Shown piece after piece: positions 1 to 14,577 of a stretch of DNA of 64,000 nt (its first letter is position 1; every line of letters begins with the position of its first letter). Origin of the DNA: Octopus vulgaris (taxonomy: Eukaryota); contig OX597815.1 of assembly GCA_951406725.2 (NCBI GenBank), positions 107,880,001 through 107,944,000 on the forward strand. Reading direction: 5' to 3'. The position numbers were made by a program, and so were the translations under genes. The notes beneath the pieces are model-generated. The model saw only the letters and a list, made by a program, of their open reading frames with translations, had not been told where the DNA came from and made no database searches.

Positions 1-269
1 AAGTCTAATAACAACATCACTAACCCTAACCTTTCGACAAAGTAAAGGAATAGCTTTCAATAAAATAAATATTATTCTATTATCTGGGATGATGCAATTG
101 CTTCCATGTAAATATTCTGGACTACATAAACAATAAAAGGTCAAGTGACTGATAAGCAAACCTCCAGTCACCAACATGTAGTGTGTTTTATCTATCTCTG
201 TTACTTGTATAGTATTGGCCTTTTTACTCATATGAACCTGCCATCTATGTACCACCAACTATTCAATAT

Positions 270-532
270 AAGTAAAAGTAAAGTAAAGGTTACCTTTTTG
301 AGTTATGCCGACTCATAAGTGCTGGTTTCCCAGTTTCATGGCATTTAAATTCCCCACCTGGGCAGGATGCTGGTCTGTTGCAGGATTATTCATTTTTGCC
401 AGCTGAGTGGACTGGAGCAATGTGAAATGAAGTGTTTTGCTCAAGAGCTCAACATTTCACCTGGTCCAAGAATCAAAACTCCAATCTTACGATTAGGAGT
501 TCAACACCCTGACCACAAAGCTACAGGCCTCC
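270..532 (-). mobile_element. tRNA-derived SINE (old copy) with (CTTTA)-like tail
   Basis: Minus strand starts GGAGGCCTGTAGCTTTGTGGTCAGGG with degenerate A/B boxes, has a central CTCCAGTCCACTCAGCTG segment and ends CCTTTACTTTACTTTTACTT. Confidence 0.7.
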
Positions 533-3035
533 ATACAATCTAATATACCTGATTCACTACCTCTCATAATCTGCTGTCATAGACTGTAAACCCCAGATCC
601 ATTTCTTTTCCAAAATCTCTGGAACTCTCTTCCTGCTCATGTACAGGTATCAACTCACAGAAAGTTACAATCTAACACCACTTTTATCATTAATATCACT
701 AGTCAAGCTGCAAATATTCTAGTTGTGTATTTCTTCCTCAGAATATATAAAGAATAATTTCCTTTCTTGTGTTGTATACCCTGGAATGAACCAAAATTAC
801 TAAAACAATCAAATTACATCCTAATTGTATCATAATAGGAACCCTTGAACCAACGATGAAGATTCTATGCAGTTACCTGACTGCTAGAAATAACAATCGA
901 ATTCCCTCAAATCATACTGTACAGTCTAAAAAATAATCATAAGATAATATTTGACCTAAGGACCTTATATCTGAAAATCGCCCCCCACCAAATAAAAACA
1001 CAAATTCCAGACCAGACAGGATGGTCATGGCTATAATACATTTGATCATGTAACAGCTTGAACATTACAAGGAACCTAAGAATTTCAAAGAGTTACTATC
1101 TTTAACAAAACCTAACAATGTATTGCAATGGAAAATTGCTCCTGTATTTTAAGTGATACATTCTCATTCAAAACATGCTGAACCTTTCTAAACACCTGAT
1201 CAGTTATGTCACCTTTCTACTACATCCACTAATTTACTCATCTCATCCCTTACCTGCTTGCCTACCTATATGTCAGTCTGGCTATTTTCATTTACAACTA
1301 AAATTCTGTGTCAGCTTGGTACATTCACTACTAACTGGAATAACAAAAGTTGTATTCAAGTAATAATAACTAAGTTAATGATTTTTTTCTCTTCGTTAGA
1401 ATTAATGTTTCTAGTTTAGACACAAAATCAGCAATTGAGAGGAAGGGGTCAGCCAATACCATTGATCCAGTACTTGACTGATACTTTATTCTATTAAACC
1501 TAGATGGAATAAAGGTGAAGTGATCCCTAGGTTAATTTGATTGTTTTATCATTTTTGGTCAGCCAGAACAAAAACTGCAAAGCATTTCATCCAACATTTC
1601 GTATTGACAGTACTTGAACTGTTATTTTTTTGTGCAGATGGTGCATCTTGGTAATTATGCCCAGTCAGTATGATAATATTTGATACCTACTCATGTACAT
1701 TCTATACATCAATATAGTAAACTAACCGAGGAAATTTATCCCAGGTCACCTCCTTCACTAGAATTTAATAGTAGAGTGGGTGTTGTTTGTGAAATTGATG
1801 CAGTAAACCAATAAAGCTTAACTAGTAAAAATTAGAGAGTAATCATTACCTGAATAATGAGAGCAATCATTACCTGAATGATTAATTCTGGTTAAAACTG
1901 ACAGGGAGACAACTTCAGTATATTAATTAATTATAGGATGCAACAGAAAGTGAGTCTGACCTTTAGCAGTGTGGTGACAACTCTGGACAAGTGTCAATCT
2001 TATTTGACCTCATCAATAAATGATAGTTTACTTGTGACTGCAAGATTTAGAAGTGGTTAAAGAGATATGTTTTTCCTAAATGGACACTGAGTAGTGTAAT
2101 AACTTAAAAGGATGACTAGAAAATTACCTAGAGACAATTGCTACATTAAAACTTACAGTAAAGTGGTTTGCTAATATTTCTCTTATCATAAATATTAGTC
2201 CAGTATGGTGATGGCTATGCTCCACTGAGAGAAAAGCTCAAACTAGTCGTCTGTACTTGTCAAAATCAGATTAATTTAACATTAGTCACTGACATAATGC
2301 GTTCTGTTCACTGTATAAATATTACTAATTCATTAAAAACATTTTCCACACTATATGAAGCATAATGACTGCAATAAGAAAACATCTTGATTGTTCAGTG
2401 TTACATTGTTACAGTATCTTCTTTTAATAAAAAATACTAGAAATATTGTAATACCAATCTTTTCAATGAAGAAAATATAATGGCATGATGGATTTTACTT
2501 CAGTAATCATAGCAATATTGAACAAATGAAAAAATAAAGGCATTCCAGTTATGACTGTTGTTATTTTAGGGATATATAAAACTGTGTTGTGCAATGTGAC
2601 TTTTTATGTTTCAAGAGAGTATAGTACAGTTTAAGAGATATTTGGCTGATATTTGTAGTAGATTGAATGTCCTTACAGAGGTTTCCTTGCAGAGGTTTCC
2701 TTCAGCAACACAGTATAACAGATAAAACTTTTTTGGAGAGCAATGTTGCCATTAAATCATCTCAAAATTGAAAAGACAAAAAGGCACTGAAGCGAGAAAG
2801 AATCATTGACATGAGGTTACTGTTAATGGTCCACTTGCACCAGAAAAAGTAATAATAGACCTATCTCTTTTTCTATTCATCTACTTGTCTCTAAATCAGC
2901 TTTGTTGCAGGATGAGAAGTATCAAAGGAGATGAGTCATAACAACTTGTTCTCAAGAAATTAAAATTGGATTGAACAAAGTATAAAACCCCTTTCTTATA
3001 GAAATTCTGACTTACTTCTGGAACTGTATGGAAGT

Positions 3036-4240
<1,205 letters not shown>

Positions 4241-4564
4241 TGTATATACTTTAACTAAGCATTATCAAAGTTTCATCTTCAGTGCTAAATAAGTTAATTA
4301 AATTATAGATAGTACTTATTACCTTCAGGAAATCTTAGCAATCCATGATTTTTCAATCACTAGTCAGCACTAATTCCAGGAGGTGCAACTAATTAAGTAT
4401 TGATTCCCTGTCAGTTTGCTGGAGGTCTTGCTATATAAATATTTACCTGTAAAATATATATGTATGTAAAGGTGCAAATAAAGGCTGTATGGTTAGGAAC
4501 TTCAATTTGCAAGCACATTTTCAGATTCACTCTCATTGCATTGGTTGGAAGTTCATTAGATCTC

Positions 4565-4636
<72 letters not shown>

Positions 4637-4639
4637 CTG

Positions 4640-5238
4640 CAAGGGGGTGTTGAAAAGTTCGTGGCTTTAAGGATATTGCAAAAGGCCTGGTTGGAGGCCC
4701 AACCTCCTGAGTTCCTACACATGGCTTAGAAAAACTGAATGACCGCTGCAATAAGTGTGTGAATCTGAGAGGGGAATATCTGTATATATAAAAGGTAGGA
4801 TGTGTGTGTGTGTGTGTGTGTGTGTACGTGAATGTAATTTATGCATGTCCACAAATTAGCATGTATGTCATTCCAATTTTAGGAGGACATTCGTCATGAC
4901 CCTAGCTGTATTTTCTTCAACTTATTTTTCCCAGAGGCACCAGCGAATAGCAGTAAAAATAACCAAAACTTTTAACAATTTTCAAGTCAGAGAAATCACC
5001 ATTGTTTGCAAACAGGAGTTAAGTCTCCTTCTAGTGACAAGTAAGTTTTTGTTAAGATTTTTGTCGCTTTTTTTCCATCGAGGAAAAAAGTGTTTTGTTG
5101 ATATACGGGCAACGCACACACACGAACATGTATGCATACAAAAAACATGTATGCAGTAGGTATACATACGTACGTATGTGTATGTATGTGTGTGTGTGTA
5201 TGTATGTGTGTGTATGTATGTGTGTGTGTGTGTGTTGC

Positions 5239-5289
<51 letters not shown>

Positions 5290-5482
5290 AATTTCCACAG
5301 ATTTCGCCCACATTTGACGTCGATGTTACTTAGGTTTGAAATAAAGAAATTGATTAGCTTAATAATCCTAACTTAATCCCGGGCAAAGCAGGGTTATACT
5401 GCTAGTGTTGAATAATATCATAATTTACTGAACCTCCTGTATTTTCTTTTCTCCAAAGCCAGCAACTTTTCAGCAGCCCTTG
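4640..5482 (+). mobile_element. mariner-derived MITE interrupted by a Helitron
   Basis: TIRs CAAGGGGGTGTTGAAAAGTTCGTGGCTTT and AAAGCCAGCAACTTTTCAGCAGCCCTTG(TA). Retains the mariner C-terminus LEKLNDRCNKCVNLRGEY|VE*, split at 4778/5406. Confidence 0.8.
4779..5405 (+). mobile_element. Non-autonomous Helitron
   Basis: 5' TC(TGTATATATAAAAG), 3' hairpin CCCGGGCAAAGCAGGG followed by CTAG. Inserted between host A4778 and T5406 with no TSD. Confidence 0.85.
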
Positions 5483-5506
5483 TATGTATGTATGTACGTA
5501 TGTATG

Positions 5507-5540
<34 letters not shown>

Positions 5541-5654
5541 TGTATGTATGTATGTACTTATGTATGTATGTATGTATGTATGTATGTATGTATGTACGTA
5601 CGTACGTATGTATGTATGTATGTATGTATGCATGCATGTATGTACATATGTATG

Positions 5655-5688
<34 letters not shown>

Positions 5689-5795
5689 TGTATGTATCTA
5701 TCTATCTATCTATGTATGTACCTACATACTTACCTACCTACCTACCTATCTACCTACCTACCTACCTACATACCTACCTACATACTTACCTACCT
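5483..5795. repeat. (TATG)n/(TATC)n/(TACC)n microsatellite
   Basis: Directly visible. Confidence 0.95.
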
Positions 5796-5799
5796 CGCA

Positions 5800-5932
5800 G
5801 AGTGATTGGTGTTAGGAAGGGCATCCAGCTGTAGAAACTCTGCCAGATCAGACTGGAGTCTGGTGCAGTCAAATCATCCAACCCATGCTAGCATAGAAAG
5901 CAGACGTTAAACGATGATGATGATGATGATGA
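5800..5932 (+). mobile_element. SINE family C 3' part ((GAT)n tail)
   Basis: GGTGTTAGGAAGGGCATCCAGCTGTAGAAAC...GACGTTAAACGATGATG; the same motif recurs at several loci in the window. Confidence 0.8.
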
Positions 5933-6499
5933 TATATACACATTCTCCATCACTATTTATGTTCTTACGGAAGCTTCCAAAACAATGGACAACCCTTGCA
6001 TGCTGGTAACATTCGCTTACAACTATCACATGAAGTGAAGACCAAGAGAAAGTAATGAAGAGATATATATATATATACACACACAAGCCAAAATGTTTTT
6101 ATTTGCATCATTATCTCCATATCATTTCACCTGGAGTCCTCTTAAAGCCACTCTTTACTGTTGTGGACTTAGTCCTTGATAAAGACTTTGAGGAGTAAGT
6201 TCAAATCATTTGATCACCACTACACGTTTTTTGTATTCAGCATCTTTTGATCTCACCTGCAGATTCTCTCTGTCTCACTCCTCTGTGTTTCACTCTCCCA
6301 CTCTCCATATATATCTATATCTATATATGTATGTTTATATGTATATATACGCACAAACAAATAAATGTATAATGAGCAGCTTCTTTGAGTCTTTCACTGT
6401 CTTTGATGAGTTTAGGGATAAAGCAGAAAGCACTTGCCCAAGGTGGCACACAGTAGGATTGAACCTGAGACCACACACACAAACACACACACACACGCG

Positions 6500-6537
<38 letters not shown>

Positions 6538-7130
6538 CACAATGATTGCAACATGAAAGACATATGTTAGTCATTCAGAAACACACCATATTACAAACAC
6601 TAAATGTTTAAGTGAAGGTAATAGCTTTTGTGTGTTTCGAAATGGCTAACATGTGTCTTCCTTGTTGCAATCACTTCAGTTTCAATACACAGTCTTAGAT
6701 CAAAATGCCTGACAAATATACTTCTCTCTTTTATGTGCGCGCGTGTGTGTGTGTATGTGTGTGTGTGTGTGTATGAGGTTGTGTGTGAAGAGTCTATTTT
6801 GTCTGGAATTGGACTCATTGGGCATCAGCAAGCTTGAAGTAGACATGGACACCCTATGTAAACTTTCACCTGTGAAGCTAAGCCAAGAAGTTATACATAT
6901 ATATATATACACGGTGCCTTTAATTATACTTATATTTTTATAATTATATACTTAAAAATCAATATTACTGATATGGTCACTTTTTATACACAAGCCACTG
7001 TTACCCTCAATTTATAAGTATATATATATATATATATGCTTTCGGTGCGAATCGCTTTTTATCATGGCGCAGTGATTTGCAATCCTGTAAATTATAATAA
7101 TGGTATTTTTATATAAGCTTAAAGCTTATG

Positions 7131-7333
7131 GCAATCATCATGCAATGACTCAGGAAAATAGTCTAATAACGGGGTATATAAGCCCTCAACAGGAAAAAGA
7201 AGGCTTTCCCATCTGCACGGGAGTCGAACCCACATCCGTTTGTTAACACAGATGGGAAAGCCTTCTTTTGTCTGTCGAGGGCTTATATGCCCCTTTATTA
7301 GACTATTTTCCTTAGTCATTGCACAGTGATTGC
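7131..7333. repeat. Inverted repeat (~85 bp arms) with a pol III B-box in the loop
   Basis: 7131-7215 is the reverse complement of 7249-7333 with some mismatches. The loop reads GGGTTCGACTCCCGT on the minus strand (7217-7231). Confidence 0.85.
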
Positions 7334-7436
7334 ACCTTCCTTTTTTCCTTTCCTTAGCGTCCAGTAACACTATACTTATTCCATGTCCTCGTGTTGTTGT
7401 GTTTTCTCTTTGTTCATGTTTAGATTAACTATATAT

Positions 7437-8175
7437 ACAATGTATATTCAAGCACATGTGAGAAAATTTTCGTACCAGTAGACCATGTCAGTTTCCGACA
7501 GGTACACCTGGAGTACAGATGTGTAGTGCATGCCCATTGGATTTTTGTTTTTCCCAAATTGCATCAAGCAGAGATATTCTATCAAGTTTTGCCAAAAGCT
7601 TGGTGATATTCGAGCTCAAATCATCCAGAAGATTCAGCAGGCATTCAGCAATGAAGCCATGGATCATTAGATGCCATTAGATTAGGGAGTAGTACAACCA
7701 CTTCACACATGGCTGCACCTCAGTGGAGAGGGAGGCATGCTCAGGCAAGCCATCCATAAGCTGAAACAAGGAGCCATTTGAAATGGTTTGATGAATAGCC
7801 ATAGAAGACAATCATGTAACAATACAAGAAATTGCTTAACATGCTGGTAGAGCAGTAGAAGCAACTCCACATGGAAATTGCTCAGGATATGCTTGACTGA
7901 GCAAACCATGACCCAGACTTCATGGAAACCATCATTGCTGGTGATGAGATATGGGCTTATGGGCTTGGCTCGAGGCATTTGATCATCTTGCATGAAAATA
8001 AAAATCTGACAAGTGTGTGCTACATGTCTGTACTCTAGGTGTAACAGCTGGGAAATGACGCATGAAAATTTTCACGCATGCACAGGAAGTGTGGCATCAC
8101 CTCCCACCTGATGAATTTTGCTTACATAACATTAGCTTTGGTGAGAAAAAACTAAATTCAATACTTTATATAGAT
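7437..8175 (+). pseudogene. Internally deleted mariner transposase relic
   Basis: Translates to KQRYSIKFCQKLGDIRAQIIQKIQQAFSNEAM (N-terminal HTH) and DPDFMETIIAGDEIWAYG (first catalytic D motif). Boundaries are approximate. Confidence 0.75.
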
Positions 8176-8205
8176 ATGTGTAAATATACATATATACACA
8201 TATAT

Positions 8206-8432
8206 AGAGGGTGGCCCAAAAGTAGGTTTACAGTTATCACGTAGGCACTTTAAATTTCTTTTAAAACATTTTATTACATTTAGATTTCTATCTTACAAAC
8301 TGAAAAGGAAGCTTGACAAAATTAACCAAATTAGCATAGAATAATGGTTTTATATTTATATTTTTTTATAATTAAGATATAAACTGTTAATATATGAATG
8401 CAAAAGAGATAGTTGAAGAACTGTAAACCTAC
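8206..8432. mobile_element. Tc1/mariner-type MITE remnant
   Basis: GGGTGGCCCAAAAGTAGGTTTACAGTT has a partial inverted match in AACTGTAAACCTAC. Confidence 0.5.
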
Positions 8433-8670
8433 ACACACACACACACACACATAGATACACACACTTTCTCTTACACTAACATATATAGGTGTGGCTGTGT
8501 GTGGTTAATAACTGGTTCAGTGTTCTCTTCACTTCTACAAGGTTATGCATAGCTTTCCACTGATTGATAATCTGGGCAGAGATCTTCTACTGTTGCCTTG
8601 GATTGACCAATCGTTAGTGAATAGAATTTGACAGATGGAAGCTCTGCATAAGCACTTCTGATATATATGC

Positions 8671-9059
8671 TTTTATTCTTTGACTTGTTCCAGTCATTTG
8701 ACTGCGGCCATGCTGGAGCACCACCTTGAAGCATTTTCAGTTGAAGAAATCGACCCTAGGACTATTTTTTAAGTCCACTACCTATATTATCAGTCTCTCT
8801 CTTGCTGAACCATGAAGTTACAAGGACATAAACACATCAACACCGGTTGTTGAGGAGTGATAGGGAGACAAACTCAGACACAAAGATACATACACATAGA
8901 TATATACATATATTCTTTCAGTTTCTGTCTACCAAATCTACTCACAATGCTTTAGTTGGTCTGAAGCTATAATGGCAGACACTTGCCCAAGATGCCATGC
9001 AGTGGGACTGAACCTGGAACCATGTGGTTGAGAAGCAAGCTTCTTACCACACAGCCATG
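8671..9059 (-). mobile_element. SINE family A (tRNA-headed, internal microsatellite)
   Basis: Reverse complement of the copies at 17450 and 18739. Confidence 0.85.
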
Positions 9060-9636
9060 ATGTATTTATAGATATTTAGTTACAGATAGATATACATGTG
9101 TGTCCGTGCGTGTGCATGTGTTTGTGTGTGTGTGTGTGTGTGTGTGAGCCAGAGAAAGAAAAAAGAAACAGACAAACAGACAGAAAGAGGAAGACAGAAA
9201 GTAACATTTCCAGGCTACCACAGTATATTCCACTGGAGATATCATCACTGCATGTTGCAGTATGTGGCACAGATGTCAAATGGGGTGAGACATAGTATAA
9301 CTACTCTAGGGAGGTGAACCTAGTTGTGAAGCCATTCGCCTGAATGCCATAAAACTTGATCAGAGTTGCTCTGGGACTACACAACAACACCAGCAACAAC
9401 AGCAACCTAAATGTGCATCTGAATTAAAAATTAGTTATCAGATGCATTTGCTACTGTATGCAATAGAATACACTGCACTGTAAACACAAGTCATTTGCAT
9501 TAGATAAGAGACACACTTGCAGCTACTTGTAAAAGGCTGCTGAGACAGAGATATCGAGCAATATTAATTATAGGATATAAGTTCTTGATCTTTTCATTGA
9601 ATATCTGATACTCTAGAGACTTAGTTATCTCAGTTT

Positions 9637-9679
<43 letters not shown>

Positions 9680-10789
9680 ATACACACACACGCACACACA
9701 CACACACATATGTGTGTGTATGTATGAATGTATTATACATATATAATAGATAATATAGTATAAATATAGAGGGAGAGAGAGAAAGAGAGATAGGGAGCTT
9801 TCTCATCTTAACATTCTGATAATAACATTATATAAATCTCATTATGATAATATAGTTTGGATAATACCATTTTTGCTGATGCCAAGCAGATTATCTGTCT
9901 ATGAGATAGTTATTAATTCTTTATCTGCTTTTAAGCTATATTAGCATGGGAAAAATGGACATTTGACTGTTATAGTTCTGATGATGACCATAAATGATAA
10001 AGATTATGAGGATGAGGGTTAAAAATGAAGGACAATTATAGAGAAGTAGTGACATTGATGATAATGACAGTTTTGAGGGGAATATAAAGACACTATTAGT
10101 AGTGATGATAGTGAAGGTTTTAATAGTAATGATAATGATAATAACGATTTTTATGACAGAAGCAATGATATTAGTGAACACACAATGATGGCAATTGTAC
10201 AATTGACAATGAAGATTGTAATAGAGGTGGCAATGAGGATTGTAAATTGTGTACCAGGCCATAAATTTATACCAGAAGGTTATTTATACCAGAAGGTTAT
10301 TAGGATTTTGTGGTAATAATGTTTTACTCAGTGAGAATACTGAAGTTGGTGAAATGAATTGTCAGCAAGCAGGACTTGTAACCTATTTGTGGATCTAGCA
10401 CACTGTGTGTGTATTGTCTTCTCTGCAGTATCTGCTACAGTAAACATAAACTGAATAAATGCTAGAATACTACAAGGATTCATTTACTTAATTGTGAAGG
10501 AATAAAAGGAAAAATTAATATCAATGGGATTTTAAATTGAAATGCCGAAATCAATATGAAAGTTATTTCAAAGCAATCCTTCTTTGTATAAAAATCTGCT
10601 GAAAGCTCTGAAATTAGACATTGAAATAGTTTTGGATTCTTAATTATTGTCAAACTTACATCATTGAATGATGAATATTAAATGTCAATAGGTTGCATGC
10701 AGTCTGAGTAAGGATGCAAGTGCTTACATAACTGAAGATGATATAAACGTAAATAATTTTGCTAGTTATTTGAATCATATATTTTCAAT

Positions 10790-10790
10790 G

Positions 10791-10857
<67 letters not shown>

Positions 10858-10867
10858 TGATGATGAC

Positions 10868-10908
<41 letters not shown>

Positions 10909-10918
10909 TGATGATGAC

Positions 10919-11000
<82 letters not shown>
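10790..11000. repeat. (TAA)n microsatellite
   Basis: Directly visible. Confidence 0.95.
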
Positions 11001-11001
<1 letters not shown>

Positions 11002-11007
11002 TAAATA

Positions 11008-11465
11008 TTGTGCATGATACCACTAACACTGATTCTGAGGAAAGCAAAGGCTGGGTATGCATTCAAGAGCCACCAACAAAAAGTCAACCATTTGTTATTC
11101 ATGGATGACCTCAAACTTTGTGGTAAAGATGAGTTCCAAGTCAGTTCCCTCATTGATATGGTGTATACTTTCAGTGTTGATATCAGAATGGAGTTTGGAC
11201 TGAAAAAATGTGGTGTGTTAGTCTTAAAGAGAGGTGAAATCAAATGTATGGATGGGCTAGTGATACCGTTGGAGGAGGTTATGAAGCAGATAGAAAAGAT
11301 GGGCTATAAGTACTTCTGGATATTGTAAATAGATAGATTGATGGAGAAAGAAATGACAGAAACATTTAAGGTGGAGTACTTGTGCATGCTGAGTCAAAAT
11401 TCTTAAGTTGAAATTAAATGGATAGAGTAAGATTGAAGCTATCAACACTTGGCTGGTTTCATTTT
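11008..11465 (+). pseudogene. R4/Dong-clade non-LTR retrotransposon RT fragment
   Basis: KVNHLLFMDDLKLC...MEFGLKKCGVLVLKRG...GYKYFWIL matches the R4/Dong RT region containing the catalytic DD. Directly abuts (TAA)n, the known Dong target. Confidence 0.85.
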
Positions 11466-12490
11466 GCTGGTGCGAAATCTGATGAATAGGGCAGGTGTGG
11501 AAGTGATACCATGTTGCTTTTGGTGAGAAACTCATGAATGGGGAGAGCTCAATGACAGGGTACAGTGTTGCTGTGAAGAATTCAATTCTTTGTGCTTTAC
11601 ATATCTGGTTGCTTTCACTGAATGTTCTCCCCCAAATACTTCAAAATGTCGCAGTAGAATTCTCGTTTGATGGTCTGGCTCTGGAAGACAAATTCTCAGT
11701 GTGCAATACTGCAGATATTGAAACAAAATGAAGAGCATGCTCTTGAATCAGCTGCAGTTCTATCATGCCTTCCTTGATCGTGGAGATGAAGAGCTCTTCC
11801 ATTGTGTTGGCTGCTGCTTCATCTCAGGGTTATACTCATAGACTCAACTTTTGTCACTGGTAATGATCCTCAACATGAAGGATGGGTCATCAGTAGCATG
11901 CCGATGGAGATCTTAACAGACTTCGATGTGATGTTCTTTCTGCTCAGTGGTCAGTAGGTGGGGGACAAACTTGGCAGAGATATGCTACATGTTCAATTCA
12001 GACGTTAAGATTGCCTGCATGGATCCATACAACAGATCAACAACATCAGCAATGTCATTGATTGACCTTCAATGATCTTCATGTACAAGCTGATGAATAT
12101 TCTCCCAATTTCCAGGAATAATGCTTGTAGCAGGTCTTCCAGATCGCTTTTCATCTTCTGAGGATGTTCTTCCACTTTTGAAGTGCCCATGCCACTCAAA
12201 ATATTGTGTATGACCCATTGCCTCATTACTGTAAGCTTACTGAAGCATGCTCAATGCTACTTCCCAAGTTTTACCCAAAATTTAACGACTTTTTATTCCA
12301 ACTTCCTGTCCATGACAAAATCGCAGACTACAGCATACAAGTGATCAGAAAAATACAAATTTCACAAGTGATGTCACTCAGTACACTGTCTCATCAAAGT
12401 CACTGCTAGCTCTCACTGTGCATGCAACCTTGTGCTGCCATCTGTTTGTATGCCACAGAACTAGTCCAGGAACTTTTTGATATAACCTCA
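11465..12490 (-). pseudogene. mariner transposase relic with one TIR
   Basis: Minus strand gives DDPSFMLRIITSDKS*VYEYNPEMKQQPTQWKSSSSPR and LPHLPYSSDFAP (HPPYSPDLAP motif). TIR-like TATGAGGTTATATCAAAAAGTTCCTGGACTAG at ~12460-12492. Confidence 0.8.
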
Positions 12491-12509
12491 TATATGTATA
12501 TGTATGCAT

Positions 12510-12542
<33 letters not shown>

Positions 12543-14159
12543 ATAGTAAGCATGATTGGCATTTAAGATTTATGACAGCCGTTTTAGAAGAATTTTATTT
12601 AATGTAGTTGTAAAAAATTACATCATAACATACAATTCACCATCATCAGGTAAAAATTTTAAACGGGTAATATTTTAAACAGTCAACCTGGATATAGCCA
12701 ACGTTTGTTGGGCTACTGTTACTTTCAAGTTCTACATTTGAATTTATAGAAGGATTAGATGGTGTGGTTTAAAACAGGCAATTAACAAAGATAGAAAATC
12801 ATGGAAATATACAATGGGAAACATCTAAATTAATTTATCAATTTAATTTTTGGTTCAACCCTTGATGGTAACATCAAAGAGTCATCTGTTTGATGTCAGC
12901 AGCTGGTGAAATCCTTTTGCCTGTCTCCTTAACTGATGGTAAACCTGCTACATATTTGATGACTTTTTAATTACAATTCCTGGCACTACTCTTTACAAAT
13001 CTCAGAATATTTTGATGTTTAATGATGAATTATAAATTATATTGATAATCTAATGTATATTTTTCCCCGTTGTATATTTCAACGAATTTCTTTTTTGTTA
13101 ATTGCCTATTTTAGACTGCACCTTGTAACCCTCCTCCTCCTTCTCCTCCACATTTGCATATTTTGCATATTAATGCTATCACTGGTGGAAGTGTAATTTA
13201 ATTGCAATGAGTATTAATTGTTGTTGGTATTTACTCTCAAATCAGTCCTGGTCAAATACATCTATAAATGTTATTGTCATTTACCCAAGATTTGTCCTGC
13301 TTGAGCAAATCTGTAATGAAAGGTATTCCAGCCATGAGATCCTGTCTTATTAACTATTAAGGTCTCCATGATCCAATGTAACCATCCGATCTTATGCTGG
13401 TAGGGTTATACCCTACCAGCATAAGAATAAAATTTGGTTGCTATTTCTAGGAGGGAAAGTGATCACATAGAGGTTCCCACATTAATTTGTGCTTACATAG
13501 GTTGTTGGTTTAGATAAACTTCACACAGCCATTGTTTCAGCTCTACCACATCCCTGCCTATTTTGTGGTGCATACAATACACTCTTAAATGTGATAATTT
13601 ATTGTATACTATAGAAGTCTTGGCTTGTCTTTTCTTTTTTCATTTTTTTACTGTCCAGTGATGATGATAATAATATTCAATCTGTGTATATAATCCAACA
13701 AGTTCTTGAGGGAATCACAGCAAATATAACAAAAGAAAACTCAGAGTTTGACAATTGCTCTTCTTCCACACCTGTCTTAGATCCCAGTACAGTGTGTTAA
13801 AGAAGTTATTGACACTTGCTGTAATGTTTTGCATGTATATCCATTATTTTGCTTGACAGGGTTAAATGAAAGGGAGAATATTCTATGAATGGTCTTGTGT
13901 TAAAATTCTGAAGTGTTGTAGATTTCTTAGTTTGGAGGTGTTTGTGCATGCAATGACAAGAATTATGAGGTTTGCAGATTACTGCAAGAATACACTAAAA
14001 CCCTTATACATGCAAGTGGTTCTTTATTTTGTGGTCCAGTAAGTGTCAGAGTTATATATGCAGGGAACACCTTATGTTAATAGATTCCTATCTACTTGAT
14101 AATAACAAATAATAATAACAAATAATGATAATAATGATGATGATGATGATGATGATAAT

Positions 14160-14500
14160 AGTCAAGATGAAGAGCGCAATACTATTGTAATAGATATTTT
14201 ATTGGTTGAACGATATTTCAACAGTAAGTCATCTCCTTTATTCTGTTTTCTTTCTGTCTTTTTCTTTTTGCCTGTTATAAAATTGAAACTTAAAAACTGA
14301 TGATGTCATTCCATCGTGTGGACGTTGCTCCCGTTCATACTTTACGTTTAAATTTCTATAATTTTGAATTTTTATCACTTCTTATTTTGAACTTGAGAAA
14401 GACAGACTTACTGTTGAAATATCGTTCAACCAATAAAACATCTATTACAACCAAATCGCACTCTTGGTCTTGACTGTTTACCTTTGTGAAGAGTTACATC
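14160..14500 (+). mobile_element. HHR-bearing pLTR/retrozyme-like element with inverted 5' cap
   Basis: 14160-14230 is an inverted copy of 14405-14475; HHR motif at 14387-14429 is followed by AATAAA. Confidence 0.7.
14387..14429 (+). ncRNA. Minimal type I hammerhead ribozyme, U3-A8 core variant
   Basis: TTGAAC|TTGAGAA|A GACAG actta CTGTT|GAAA|TA|TC|GTTCAA: 6-bp stem I, 5-bp stem II, minimal stem III, AUC site. Confidence 0.6.
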
Positions 14501-14577
14501 AATCCATTTTAAAAATATAATAATAATAATAAATAATAATAATAGTTACTATTATTATCATTATTATTACTATCATT

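Noticed and set aside
21-32. TAACCCTAACC telomere-like repeat
   Set aside because: Under two units, which is expected by chance.
7217-7231. tRNA gene
   Set aside because: Only a T-arm/B-box is present with no cloverleaf. SINE heads elsewhere are likewise tRNA-derived, not tRNAs.
14297-14330. CTGATGA-TGTC...GACG as a second hammerhead
   Set aside because: No GAAA after the stem and no stem III.
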